This document shows, one piece after another, positions 25,070-36,579 of a DNA stretch of 64,000 nucleotides. The DNA lies in contig NC_043007.1 of NCBI RefSeq assembly GCF_006345805.1, forward strand, positions 55,862,001 to 55,926,000. Direction: 5' to 3'. Made by a program: the position numbers and the translations under genes. Below the pieces are notes generated by a model. It saw only the letters and a list, made by a program, of their open reading frames with translations. It ran no database searches and had not been told where the DNA came from. The stretch comes from Octopus sinensis (lineage: Eukaryota). The number at the start of each line of letters is the position of its first letter. Positions within the stretch are counted from its first letter, which is position 1.

Positions 25070-25852
25070 TGTGTATTGTGACTCTTTCTCGACTTAATAT
25101 TTCTCTTCTGGCATCCCTACTTTCTCTCTCCCTCTCTCTCATCTTCTCATACTTAATTGTAGACCTCCCCCTTCCTTCTCCTTTTCTCTCTCTCATCCTC
25201 CTTCCCACCCATCTACTGGCCACACGTGACTCGTGACTAATTATCTAATCTCTGTTTTTTCTTTGTTTTGTCACAGGACACTTAGCGTGCCGGTCAACTT
25301 TTCCTCTTCTCTTACTAATTCGTTATATCCATTTGAGGATTGCTTCCTGGCGTTACCCATCATCCTCGTTTTGGGCTGAAAAGCTTTATTTGTTGTCTTC
25401 GTCTATCGCTTCTAATTACATTTCTTTACTTTTGTATGTCCACCCTGTATTGTCTTGTTTGCTCGAACCCTAATTCTACGCAAATCTTGTGGGTGTCATC
25501 GACATACTAAGTTCTCAGTCTTATCGTTAAAGATACGGAACTGGGCATTTATATTTTTCGGTCAATAACTGAAGGATTACTGTCTTTCTGTGCCTGTCCT
25601 ACGTGTAGGTTTTGTACTAGTTAATGCATTTTTCATTTACACACACACACACACAAGTTCGTAGCCAATTCAACATGGTGGGGGTGCTTGCCTTCCCTTC
25701 GCAAATATAAGGACACAGGAAATGTGTCAAAGCCTACAGGAAGCGTCGATGCTTTCTAGGGCTAAATAGCGGTGGTGTAATTCCCTTTACGAGACTGTCA
25801 CGTTATGTTGACAGTATACAGCCACTATATATATATATATATATACACATAA

Positions 25853-26152
25853 GTGGAGGCTCATGGCTTAGTGCTTAGAGCAGCGAACTCACGGTCGTGG
25901 GATCACGGGTTCGAATCTCCGACCGAGTGGTGTGTTTGTTAATGAGCAAAACACCTAAGCAGAATGTGGCTCCGGCAGAAGATAATGGCGAGTTTTTGCT
26001 GACTCCTTCACTACAACTTTCTCTCACTCTCTCCTCGTGCATCTAGCAGATCACCTGAGACGGACCGGCGTCCCATCCAGGTGGAGAAGCTATACAGCAA
26101 TAAAACCTGGGACCCGGCCTTTATGAGCCAAGCATGGCTCAAGAAGGAACAA
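25853..26152 (+). mobile_element. tRNA-derived SINE family D (duplicate)
   Basis: Copy of 24623-24922 within the tandem duplication. Confidence 0.7.
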
Positions 26153-26157
26153 ACACT

Positions 26158-26243
<86 letters not shown>

Positions 26244-26278
26244 CATACATACACACATATATATATAGATATATATAT

Positions 26279-26309
<31 letters not shown>

Positions 26310-26603
26310 TAATCAAAATAAGCAACAAGAATATCTTCGGTAATTTGGTACGATCGTTTCACGCTACATCATTTTATAAAACATTGTAAGTATTACAACA
26401 GTTTTAAAATGTTGAGCAATCATCAGCCATTTATAGAGGTTTTCCATCAATACATATACTTATTTTCATGTTGATAACATTATAAAGAGGGTATATATAG
26501 ACAGAGATGTTGATTTGAATGTCATATATATATATATATTTCGTTTTTGGATTTGGTTTGCAACATTCTTTATATGAGTTCGTGTATTGAAGCATATTCT
26601 GTT

Positions 26604-26853
26604 GTGTTTGGGGAGAGTCCTTTTCTTTTTGTGCCTTATAATATAACACACTCACCGGTAAAATTTCCACTTTTTTCTTATTTTTATTTTCCTAAAATGT
26701 TCGTTGCGTCTTGCAAAACTATTGAAAATTATTGAAAAGGTTGCAAGACGCAACGAAAATTTTAGGAAAGTAAAAATAATAAAAAAGTGGAAGTTTTACC
26801 GGTGAGTGTGTTATATCATAAGGCACAAAGAGAAAATGACTCTCCCCAGACAC
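26604..26853. mobile_element. Palindromic MITE-like element with ~113-bp arms and a 24-nt loop
   Basis: 26604-26716 is the approximate reverse complement of 26741-26853. The ORF track shows mirrored peptides MEILPVSVLYYKAQKE and MEVLPVSVLYHKAQRE. Confidence 0.7.
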
Positions 26854-27104
26854 ACCATATATATATATACGCACACACACACACACATACACACACACAT
26901 ATACATATAGCCACTATGACGATATTTAGACCTCTTATAGGGATATTTCTATCCAAGTTAGACTGGTTTAATATATTGTATTTTTAAGAGCTATTTCTTC
27001 AATGAATATATTATATAAAATATAAAATATCAAATATTATTAATAAGTTTGAAAACGGAGAGATCAAATGGATATAAATTGATTCATTAATTAATTAATT
27101 ACCA

Positions 27105-27362
27105 TATTCACCTACAATTTTTTCAATTTCACAACCAAAATTGAAACATATAAATATATAATATTGCACTTTAAAATACCTAGGATGGAAAATCATCAGG
27201 GTGCAGAAAAGGACAGTACAAGAATTATATATTCTAAGTATTCCAACGGATCATCATGTAATCCTTGTATTGTCCTTGGTATTTTAAAATTCAATATTAT
27301 ATATTTATATATGTTTTGTAGTTTCAATTTTGGTTGTGGAATGAAACAGTTGTAGGTGAATA
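27105..27362. mobile_element. MITE-like element with ~80-bp imperfect TIRs
   Basis: TATTCACCTACAA…CACAACCAAAATTGAAAC…AAATATATAATATTG…TTTAAAATACCTAGG (27105-27184) is mirrored at 27274-27362. Confidence 0.6.
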
Positions 27363-27420
27363 TACATTATTTACATTATTTACATTTGACGGATATTTGT
27401 CCTCATCTTGTTTGTTGCTA

Positions 27421-27464
27421 ACACAACGTTTCGGCTGATATACCCTCCAGCCTTCTTCAGGTAT
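27421..27464 (-). ncRNA. Minimal type I hammerhead ribozyme (PLE-type)
   Basis: Minus strand reads ATAC-CTGAAGA-A-GGCTG(…)CAGCC-GAAAC-GTT-GTGT, with palindromic helix III AACGTT. Confidence 0.7.
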
Positions 27465-27542
27465 CTTGGGGGAAATTTTGAACCTGGGTTCTCATTCCTA
27501 AGGTATTTTTCGATGTTGTTGTCGTTGTTATTATTATTATTA

Positions 27543-27603
<61 letters not shown>

Positions 27604-27624
27604 TATTATCATTTATCATTATTA

Positions 27625-27671
<47 letters not shown>

Positions 27672-27941
27672 GAGTGAGAGAGCAATTCATGCCATCAAAG
27701 TGACACTGGGATAAAATATACGAAGCCCAATATACCCATCATGACTACCCGTCTGATAAGGGCACACCAGGCACATGCATCACAACCATATGTGCGCGAC
27801 ATGGTGATCTCATATCAAGATAAACAGCACATGACCTTGCAGGTGGGGCCCAGTTAGAATTTTCTTCAGGTTGAGTAGCCCATCCCGCTCATGCGGTCCC
27901 TGAATAAGGGTTGTTTAAGGATGTTGAAAGAACCACCCATG

Positions 27942-27944
<3 letters not shown>
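27672..27944 (-). mobile_element. (AAT)n-embedded non-tRNA element family C, truncated copy
   Basis: Reverse complement of the distal half of 47236-47796 and 58752-59283. Flanked on both sides by (ATT)n. Confidence 0.85.
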
Positions 27945-28021
<77 letters not shown>

Positions 28022-28023
<2 letters not shown>

Positions 28024-28093
28024 TCACTGCTTGGAATAGAACTCGAAATCTTGGGGTTAGTAGCCCACGCTCTTAACCACTACGCCATCTGCC
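28022..28093 (-). other. tRNA-like module in PLE 3' region
   Basis: Minus strand reads GGCAGATGGCGTAGTGGTTAAGAGCGTGGGCTACTAACCCCAAGATTTCGAGTTCTATTCCAAGCAGTGACC, with an A-box and a B-box (one mismatch). It begins ~25 nt after the GIY-YIG stop codon. Confidence 0.7.
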
Positions 28094-28116
28094 AATTATG
28101 TAGTGAATTTTAGGGC

Positions 28117-28500
28117 TTATAAATCTAATATTTTTCTATCCTCCCTTAATATTGGTTCCCATTTGCTGTTCATATCTGCACTCAGTCTGCTGAGGAGGTT
28201 GTTGTGTCCTAGCATATGTGCTGCTTATTTAGTTTTCGTATGTTCCAGTGGTGTTCTCTATCTATTATTTTAGCTTTATCCCACAGGGAGAGGTGGTCTC
28301 CATTTTCCCATATATGATCAGCTATACCCTATTTATCAATATCTCCTCGTGTCACAGCTTTGCGATGTTCGTCTACCCTTATTTTGAGGGGGCGGCATGC
28401 TTCGCCTTTGTATGACCTACCACAGCTGTATGGGATGGAGTACAAGCAGTCTTTGCTCATATTCTCTTCAATTGGTGGTTTTACTCGATGTAGATATTTG
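28117..28500 (-). pseudogene. Penelope-like GIY-YIG endonuclease C-terminal fragment
   Basis: KYLHRVKPP…CLYSIPYSCGRSYKGEACRPLKIRVDEHRKAV and then, frameshifted, GIADHIWENGDH…WDKAKIIDREHHWNIRKL…AAHM…WEPILREDRKILDL*. Confidence 0.85.
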
Positions 28501-28629
28501 TGAAACGTTGTGTTAACAACAAGATGAGGATCAATATCCATCGAATGTAAATAATGTAAATAATGTAAATAATGTGCATAATTCCTCCTCTCTTAAATAT
28601 AGAACTGTATCCATTTCATCTCTCCATTT

Positions 28630-28935
28630 TCAAACTTAATAATAATATTTGATATATGTGTGTGTGTTTGTGTGTGTGTGTGTGTATGTTTGTGTGTGTA
28701 TGTGTGTGTATGTGTGTGTGTGTGTGTTTGTACATGTGTTTGTCCCCTATTACCGCTTGACAACCGGTGTTGGTATGTTTATGTTTCCGTAATGTTGCGT
28801 TTCGGCAAAAGGGTGCGATAGAATAAGTACCAGGCTTTAAAAAAGTAAGTACTGGGATCGATTTATTCGACTAAAATTCTTCGATGCAACGTCCCAGCAT
28901 GGCCACAGTCTCGTGACCGAAAGAAGTAAAAGATG
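28630..28935 (+). mobile_element. SINE family B, 3' half
   Basis: (TG)n, then TTTGTCCCC…GCTTGACAACCG…TTCGGCAAAAG…GAATAAGTACC…CCAGCATGGCCACAGTC. Confidence 0.75.
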
Positions 28936-29105
28936 ATATATATATATGTATAGCGTTGCTATTATATTAAACTGTCGTATGTCCAAATTGAACCAAATAC
29001 GTGTTTTGCAATATTTATTTTTGCATGCCATAACCAGTTCTTTTGGTCAAACTATCGTATTTCCAGTTGCTTCAGATGCCAAATATCAAAAAATGTCAAA
29101 GTATA

Positions 29106-29514
29106 GGCGCATGAGTGGCTGTGTGGTAAGTAGATCGCTTACCAATCACATGGTTCCGGGTTCAATCCCAATGCGTGGCACCTTGGGCAAGTATCTTCTA
29201 CTATAGCCTTGGGCTGACCAAAGCCTTGTGAGTGGATGTGGTATACGGAAACTTAAAGAAGCCCGTCGTATATATACAAATATATGCATATATATGTGTA
29301 TGTGTGTGTATATGTTTGTGTGTCTGTGTTTGTCCCCACCATCGCTTGACAACCGATGTTGGTGTGATTACGTCCTCGTAACTTAGCGGTTCGGCAAAAG
29401 AGGTCGATAGTATAAATACTAGGCTTACAATGAATAGGTTCTGGGGTCGATTTGCTCGACTAAAGGCGGTGCTCCAGCATGGTCGCAGTCAAAAGACTGG
29501 AATAAGTAAAAGAA
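29106..29514 (+). mobile_element. tRNA-derived SINE family B, complete copy
   Basis: Head GGCGCATGAGTGGCTGTGTGGTAAG…GGTTCCGGGTTCAATCCC (A/B boxes), an internal microsatellite, and a tail matching 1-148. Confidence 0.88.
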
Positions 29515-29700
29515 TATATTACAACGGTCTTGCTATGTAATAGTGAAACTATTTTTTCGTTTTCTTAAAAATGAAAAACATTTTGGACTTACGACACTTT
29601 TTCATGATAGCAACGATAATATTTGTGTATGCTTATATTCACGTATATATGAATCTGATTTTATGAAGAGGATTGCAAATACAGTTCTATATTTAAGAAC

Positions 29701-29767
29701 ATATGGCGTAGTGGTTGAGAGCGCGGGCTACTAACCACAAGATTCCAAGTTCGATTCCAGGCAGTGA

Positions 29768-29770
<3 letters not shown>
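29701..29770 (+). other. tRNA-like module with Pol III A and B boxes
   Basis: A-box TGGCGTAGTGG (29704-29714), anticodon-like loop CT-ACT-AA, and B-box GTTCGATTCC (29749-29758). Homologous to 28022-28093. Confidence 0.7.
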
Positions 29771-29826
<56 letters not shown>

Positions 29827-32800
29827 GGAAAGAACACCGGGGGACGTTTAAGATGTAAGAACGATACAACAGAGCTCTGAAATCTATCCACAAACATCGA
29901 AAACAAGGACATCGTATGAAACCAAAGATTTACTAACAAAGGATTGGACTGTACCCGAGTAAGTAATGCTCATTAAAATTTATTACTATTTTCGAAACGA
30001 AATGATGTATTCTGCCTCGATATCATCTCCACCTCTAACACAACTCATGTAAACATGCGTGGAACATTACGATCAATCAACACCAGATCATCCCCGACCC
30101 CAAACACCATGTACAAAGGAACTACGAAGAAATTAAATACCACCGATATTATTCAACCAAAGAATAACAATCGGGAGGTACGTACCTTAAACTTACAACA
30201 CAAAATGTACGAAAAACTACACGTGCAAAACAATGTGACAACAGAAATGAACGGACCGGTACCCTACGAAAATGACGACCGTCAAAATAATGGGCCGGAC
30301 GTTGTTCCTCATGTCCCGCAGATAAAACCCAAAAGACATAAATGGACACGTGAGGAATACATTTCTATCCTACACGCATACTTCACAGCAGTGCTCTACC
30401 CCAAAAATGTAAACACAACAACACATACATATAAAATATGGAAGGAAAATAACATAAATATAGACTTGGATACAGCAATGAACTCTAATAAAATAGCTAA
30501 CGTACGAAGATACATTCTCAAAGCAAAAAAAATATCAGAAATAGAAATAGAACATCTAAAAGAAAAAATACACCAGGAAAATGTAGATAGAAGCCACACA
30601 ACGATGCCCATTAATATAAACACTGAAATAATAAAACACGATGACAAACGTAACATTCCCAACAAACACGATATAAATAAAAAACAACAAACCCAGACCG
30701 TAAGGATGCATAATAATACACGACAAACAGCAAGCCAAAACACGGCAAACAAACATATAAATAAGAAAGAAAGCGACACAAATCTAAAACCTAGAGACAA
30801 CAAAGGGGAGCCTAATGATTATGATAATATAAAATGTAAAATAATCAAAGAACTGAAAACCACAGAGCTCAAAATGGACCATCGACCATATCTCCCAAAA
30901 ATCAAAATAGACGAAACAACAACACCAATTATAAACAGCATAAACCTAGCCGTCACTGAACTAATAGCCACTGAAACAAAAAGCGATATCACTAAGCTAA
31001 ATGACTTAGTATACGCAGCAGCCACTGCAGCCACAAAAGAAGCTGGATACTCACTCAAACCCATCCAAACAGGAGTACCACCACCCAAACAAATCCTGTG
31101 GATAAATAACATCCAAAACAAAATACCAAAAATGAGAAAAGATCTGTCGATTCTTAATGAAATCAGTAGACAATCAACGCTACTGAGCAACAAAAAGAAA
31201 ACAAAAATACTCCGCAAATATAACATCACAGAAAAAGATTTACCTGAGATAAAAGAAAAGCTGAAGCAAGATATCCTTGCCAAAGCACAAAGGATCCGCC
31301 GGTACGAGAAACGCCAGCCCTTCTTTGAACAAAACAAAAAGTTCAACTCCAACCCCAAAAAGTTCTACCAAGAACTTGGCAAAAATAAAAATAAAATAGA
31401 AATTACTACAGCACCAACGGCAGAAGAAGTGGAAGAATTCTGGAGAGAAATATGGTCGGCGAACGAACAACCAAAAAAAAGAAGTATCAAAACAACAAAC
31501 TCAGCATCTGAGCAACTTTGGACCGCCATAACAACTGAAAAGGTCACCCAGGCACTGCAAGGACTAAGCAACTGGAAGGCACCTGGGCATGACAAGATCC
31601 CCAAATTCTGGTTGAAATATCTAACAGGAATGCACAAAAAGCTGGCTGAAAACTTTAACAGCATGCTAGCAGAGCCAGAGACAATGCCTGAATGGCTCAT
31701 GAAGGGGAAAACCATCTTAATTCCCAAATCAAATGAGACAGCAAAACCAGAAAACTACAGACCAATAACCTGTCTTCCTACAATATACAAGGCACTTACT
31801 GCAGTGTTATCGCAAAGGTTGAACAAGCACCTGGACGAAAACAACCTGTTTCCAGAAGAACAGAAAGGATGCCGCAAAGGCTCATATGGCTGTAAAGATC
31901 CACTAATGATTAATAAAGCCATAATTGAAGACAGCCACAGAAAGAAGAAAGGCCTCAGTATGGCCTGGATCGATTACAAAAAGGCGTTTGATAGCATCCC
32001 CCACATAGGGATCCTCGAAACACTAGCCATTAACAAAGTAGCACCAACCCTTATAAAATTCATAGGGCACTCTATGAATAAATGGCAAACCGTGCTACAG
32101 CTCCAAACAAAAGAGGGACTCATGAAAACCAAAGCCATCCCCATTAGAAGAGGAATATTCCAGGGAGACACTCTCTCTCCACTCCTTTTCTGCTTGGCAC
32201 TGTCACCTCTATCTGATATGCTAAATAGAACTGGATGCGGATATAAATGTTACGGCAAAATGATCAGCCACCTTTTATATATGGATGACCTAAAACTATA
32301 CGCTGCAAATGACAAACAGCTGGAAACACTATTAAAGACAGTTCATGGATTTACCAAAGAAATAGATATGAAATTTGGATTAGAAAAATGCGCCAAAGTA
32401 ACCATGAAAAGAGGAAAACTAGTTAGAGTAGTAACATCACACTAGATAAAACAATGAAATAAAAGAATTAGACCAAAGCCAAACTTACAAATACTTAGGA
32501 ATCCATGAACTAGATAAGACACAACACACACAAATGAAAGAGAAAATAAAAAAGAATATTATAGACGAGCTAGATCAATACTAAAAACAGAGCTCAATGC
32601 TAAAAACAAGATAATAGGTATTATCACCTTAGCCGTCCCAGTTATAAGTTACAGCTACAATATCCTTAACTGGACACTAAATGAACTTACCAAAATAGAT
32701 AGAAAAACAAGAAAAATAATGACAGGGTCTAGGATGCATCACCCAAAATCTGACATAGAAAGACTATATATACAACGTATAGAAGGTGGTAGAGGCCTTT

Positions 32801-33935
32801 TACAGCTGGAAAACTACTATAAAATAACCACCATAGGACTTCAAAAATATATGCTTCAGAAGGAAGGAAAACTGATACAAATAGCGGTAAAACACGAGCA
32901 AAACAAAAACCTGTTCTCAGTATTTAAGGAAGCTGACAAATACAAACAAGAAATCATACCACCTAATAAATATGAAGAAGAAGAAGAAGAAAATGAAGAA
33001 ACAACAAAAGCTATAAAACAAATGAAATCCAAACTAAAAACAGAACAGCAACGAACCATGATAAAACGATGGCAAGAAAAGCCCCTTCATGGTAAATACT
33101 GGACTAAACGAAACGCAAAAGAAATAGACAAAGAAAAATCCCAGCAATGGTTGAGAAGCTCAGGACTCGAAGCAGAGACAGAGGGATTTTTAATTGCAGC
33201 ACAAGACCAAAGCCTCCCCACCAGAAATTACCAAAAACATGTAATGAAAAGAAATATAACAAGTAACTGCAGAATATGTGGAGATGGACAAGAAACAATA
33301 AATCATATTATCTCTGGCTGCCCACTCCTAGCTAAGAAGGAATATATTCACAGACATGACAAAGTTGGAACCTACATACACTGGAAGCTATGCCAACATT
33401 ATGGAATAAGAACAGAAAAAAGTTGGTATAGGCACACACCAGAAAAGGTCACAGAAAACGAGAAACCAACCATACTCTGGGATATGCCGATACACACAGA
33501 TAGAGAAATTAAGGCCAACAGACCAGATATAGTTGTCAGAGATCATGAAGAAAAAAATGCTTTCTAATTGATGTATCAATACCGGCAGATGACAACGTGT
33601 CTCTAAAAGAAATGGAGAAACTTTCAAAATACAAAGACCTGGAAATAGATGTGACCAGAATGTGGAATCTAAAAACAGAAACAATTCCTATCATAGTAGG
33701 TGCATTAGGCATGATAAAAAAATATTCAGACAAATACATAACAAAAACACCAGGACTTACAAACACATATAACATACAGAAAATTGCACTACTAGGCACT
33801 GCACACATCCTACGCAGAACACCTTCCATACAATAAACATCAGAGCATCACAACAAATCACAGCACATACCTAAGGCACACAGAGCTGCGCTCGGTAGTG
33901 AAGTGAAAGCACGCTATAAAAATAAAACTACTGAA
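29827..33935 (+). mobile_element. R4/Dong-clade (RLE) non-LTR retrotransposon, near full length, inserted in (AAT)n
   Basis: Single long ORF with RT, CCHC and restriction-like endonuclease domains. (AAT)n lies on both sides (29772-29826 and 33934-33960). Confidence 0.92.
30055..33836 (+). pseudogene. R4/Dong polyprotein (Myb-like N-term, RT, CCHC, PD-(D/E)xK endonuclease); 4 single-A frameshifts as assembled
   Basis: KWTREE; WKAPGHD; NYRPITCL; EQKGCR; WIDYKKAFDSIPH; GIFQGDTLSPLLF; YMDDLKL; CRICG…ETINHIISGC…RHD; RPDIVV…CFLIDVSIP…K..KY.DL. Confidence 0.9.
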
Positions 33936-33978
33936 TGATAATAATAATAATAATAATAATGTTCGAAATTTCCAAAAG

Positions 33979-34022
33979 ACACCTGATGAAGGCTGGAGAG
34001 TCTATCAGCCGAAACGTTGTGT
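33979..34022 (+). ncRNA. Minimal type I hammerhead ribozyme (PLE-type)
   Basis: ACAC-CTGATGA-A-GGCTG(GAGAGTCTAT)CAGCC-GAAAC-GTT-GTGT. Stem I ACAC/GTGT is perfect, stem II is 5-6 bp, helix III is the palindrome AACGTT, and the cleavage triplet is GUU. Confidence 0.8.
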
Positions 34023-34877
34023 AAACAACAAACAAAATGAGGACAAATATCCGTCAATTGTAAATAATGTAAATAAGGATTGCAAATACAAAATATTTCT
34101 TTATTAATTTCTTGTATAATCTAAATCATAAAAGAATGCAGAGAGCGTTATGTATGATATACAGTTGTGTATAACATTGGGAATATTAGTAGCTCTGACA
34201 CAGCAGTAACTTTGGCTTAGAAGAAGAATCCCATCTTTCATGATTTTCAGTTTAAATAGCATAAGAACTGTCATTGGAAGTGAAATAGGGTGAAGTCCTC
34301 CTAAAAGCCATTGAAGGAGTCGCCATTCATTTGAAGATACAGTAGTCCTGTAGTCAAGGTATCTAGAGAAAAATAGTGAAAATATATGGGGATATGGCAG
34401 TACCTTACCAAATATAAGAGATACAAAGATTACACCAATGGTTTGAAGCTAATACATGCCATCTCGCTCCCTCGTTATGAATAGTATGTGTCCATATAAT
34501 TCTTTCTTCGACATGGTGTAGGATAAATCATAAAAATGAAAAATTGTAATAATATTATTCAACGCGACAGCTTGTTGCCTATTTTCTAATTTGCACGGCC
34601 ACCCTCTCCTCATGGGAAGCGTTAAACTACATAACACACTTTGCATTGTATTGGCTTTTGCAAAATCACAAACAAGATCTAGGGAAAATATACTTAAAGA
34701 AATAAATGATATTGAAGCTGAACACTAGAACTGAGAGAAATTGATGGTGTGTAACACAATGAATGATACAAACAATGTTTGATTGAAGACGTCCAATGTT
34801 GTAAATAAAACTCAATTGTATTGTTTCATTTTAATAAATTGTTTGCTGCTATATTACGCGAATTAAACACTGACAAT

Positions 34878-34949
<72 letters not shown>

Positions 34950-34953
<4 letters not shown>

Positions 34954-35480
34954 GGGGAGGCTGGTTTATAGGGTTACCCTGCCCTGTGTTTCTCGCTCAT
35001 AAGGGGTTCAGCCTCAAAGCCTATCTTCAGTTCAGACTCTAAACATTGCTTGCCTAAGACCTCTTCAGAATATTGTTGGTGGGAGGGAATGATTCGCTAT
35101 AAAGGTAAACACTAGGTGATTATCTCCTTTTGCCACTGACCATCGAGCTTCCACCGCACCGCCATCTTGCGGTAACAAAGAACCACGAAAATCACCGTCC
35201 TAGTGTTCAGAATGCTCCCTGGTACCAGCGAGTCTTTTAAGATTCTCGGGCATTCGGCAATGCGTAACTTGCAACCTTTCGTCCTGTTGGTATAGAGGCC
35301 TGGGTGTATTTTCCATGTGATCGAGTATGGTATCCCTTCGTCTCTTAGTTGCCAGATATGGCTGGCCAGTAATGTCACGTATTCTCTTACCGGGACTCTG
35401 CAGGAGGACAAATGTTTGGAAAGATGCTGTTTGAGGGAATTCCTAGTGCATCCCACGTACTTTTGTGGGAACGTGATGTT
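34950..35480 (-). mobile_element. Penelope-like (Neptune-type) GIY-YIG remnant with 3' region
   Basis: QKYVGCTRNSLKQHLSKH…TLLASHIWQLRDEGIPYSITWKI…YTNRTKGCKL…ILNTR, followed by non-coding sequence abutting (TA)n. Confidence 0.7.
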
Positions 35481-35744
35481 GGTGCGTCTGTTGCTGTTTA
35501 GGTGCTGCTGTTGTTGGTGCTGTTGCTGCTGCTATTGCTGCTGCCGTTGTCGCTCATACCGCCGGTGGTGTTGTCACTGATGAAGTTGGGCCGATGCTGT
35601 TGGTGATGGTGTTGGTGTCGCTGGGAGTGGTGGTAGTGGTGACGGTAATATTTTTGTACCTGGGCGTGTTGCTTGTGTTGCAGTCGTTGTTGTTGCCGCT
35701 GGTGCTCGCATAGCTGTTGTTATGTTTTTTTCTGTGTCTATATC

Positions 35745-35755
35745 TATCTGTCTGC

Positions 35756-35853
<98 letters not shown>

Positions 35854-35957
35854 GTGTGTCTGTCTGTCTATCTGTCTACTTGCCTGTCAGTCTACCTACA
35901 TGTGTGTGAGTATTTATATATACATATATGTATATATACATATATGTATATATATAT

Positions 35958-36006
<49 letters not shown>

Positions 36007-36124
36007 TATATATATATTGTATTGATAACAGTTACTGATATGTGTTTTCCTCTGTGTGTATATCTATCTATCAATCTATCTGTCTGTCTGTTTGTCTATC
36101 CGTCTCTCTGTCTGTCTATTTTTA

Positions 36125-36180
<56 letters not shown>

Positions 36181-36182
36181 AT

Positions 36183-36260
<78 letters not shown>
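35745..36260. repeat. Compound (TATC)n/(TA)n microsatellite array
   Basis: Direct observation. Confidence 0.95.
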
Positions 36261-36462
36261 CTTCTAATATAGGATGAAGTTTTTTTTACAGAAAAAAAAT
36301 TCCATCAAAAATGTGGCAGCATATTAAAATACCTTTACGATTAAAATCATAAACAACTTATATATAAGGGCTAAAGGAAATTATATGCTGATAACAGACT
36401 TTTCTGTTATCAGCATATTGGCATTGAAATAATTTTCTTTAGCCCTTATATATAAGTTATAA

Positions 36463-36514
<52 letters not shown>

Positions 36515-36579
36515 GTGTGTATGTATGTATGTATGTATGTATGTATATATGTATATATGTATATATGTATGTATGTATG

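Larger units (their letters stand above)
23690..26160. repeat. ~1.23-kb near-identical tandem duplication
   Basis: Unique core 23844-24925 recurs at ~25075-26155 (offset 1230-1231). The differences I saw are only homopolymer and microsatellite lengths. Confidence 0.95.
27361..28608 (-). mobile_element. 5'-truncated Penelope-like element with inverted partial terminal repeat
   Basis: Minus-strand order is GIY-YIG C-terminus, tRNA-like module, (AAT)n with a SINE insert, PLTR with HHR, then (TAAATAATG)n. A plus-strand partial PLTR copy sits at 28501-28608. Confidence 0.8.
29684..34075 (+). mobile_element. TSD-flanked PLE mini-element (tRNA-like + (AAT)n + HHR) carrying a nested R4 LINE
   Basis: 15-bp direct repeat AGGATTGCAAATACA at 29669-29683 and 34076-34090. 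29681-29697 is the reverse complement of the PLTR tip at 28592-28608. tRNA-like module at 29701-29770 and PLTR/HHR at 33961-34075. Confidence 0.75.

Noticed and set aside
27745-27765. CTGATAAG in family C as a hammerhead core
   Set aside because: C3 with A8 is uncompensated, and no stem II or GAAA follows.
29701-29770. Functional tRNA-Ser(ACT) gene
   Set aside because: The acceptor and T stems pair poorly, there is no long variable arm, and it lies inside a mobile element.
30149-33829. Hydrophobic minus-strand ORFs opposite the R4 LINE
   Set aside because: They are antisense shadows of the LINE ORF.
35005-35075. Two CTGAAGA motifs on the minus strand of the Neptune-type PLE 3' region
   Set aside because: Stem II pairing is poor and GAAAC is missing, so it is too degenerate to call.
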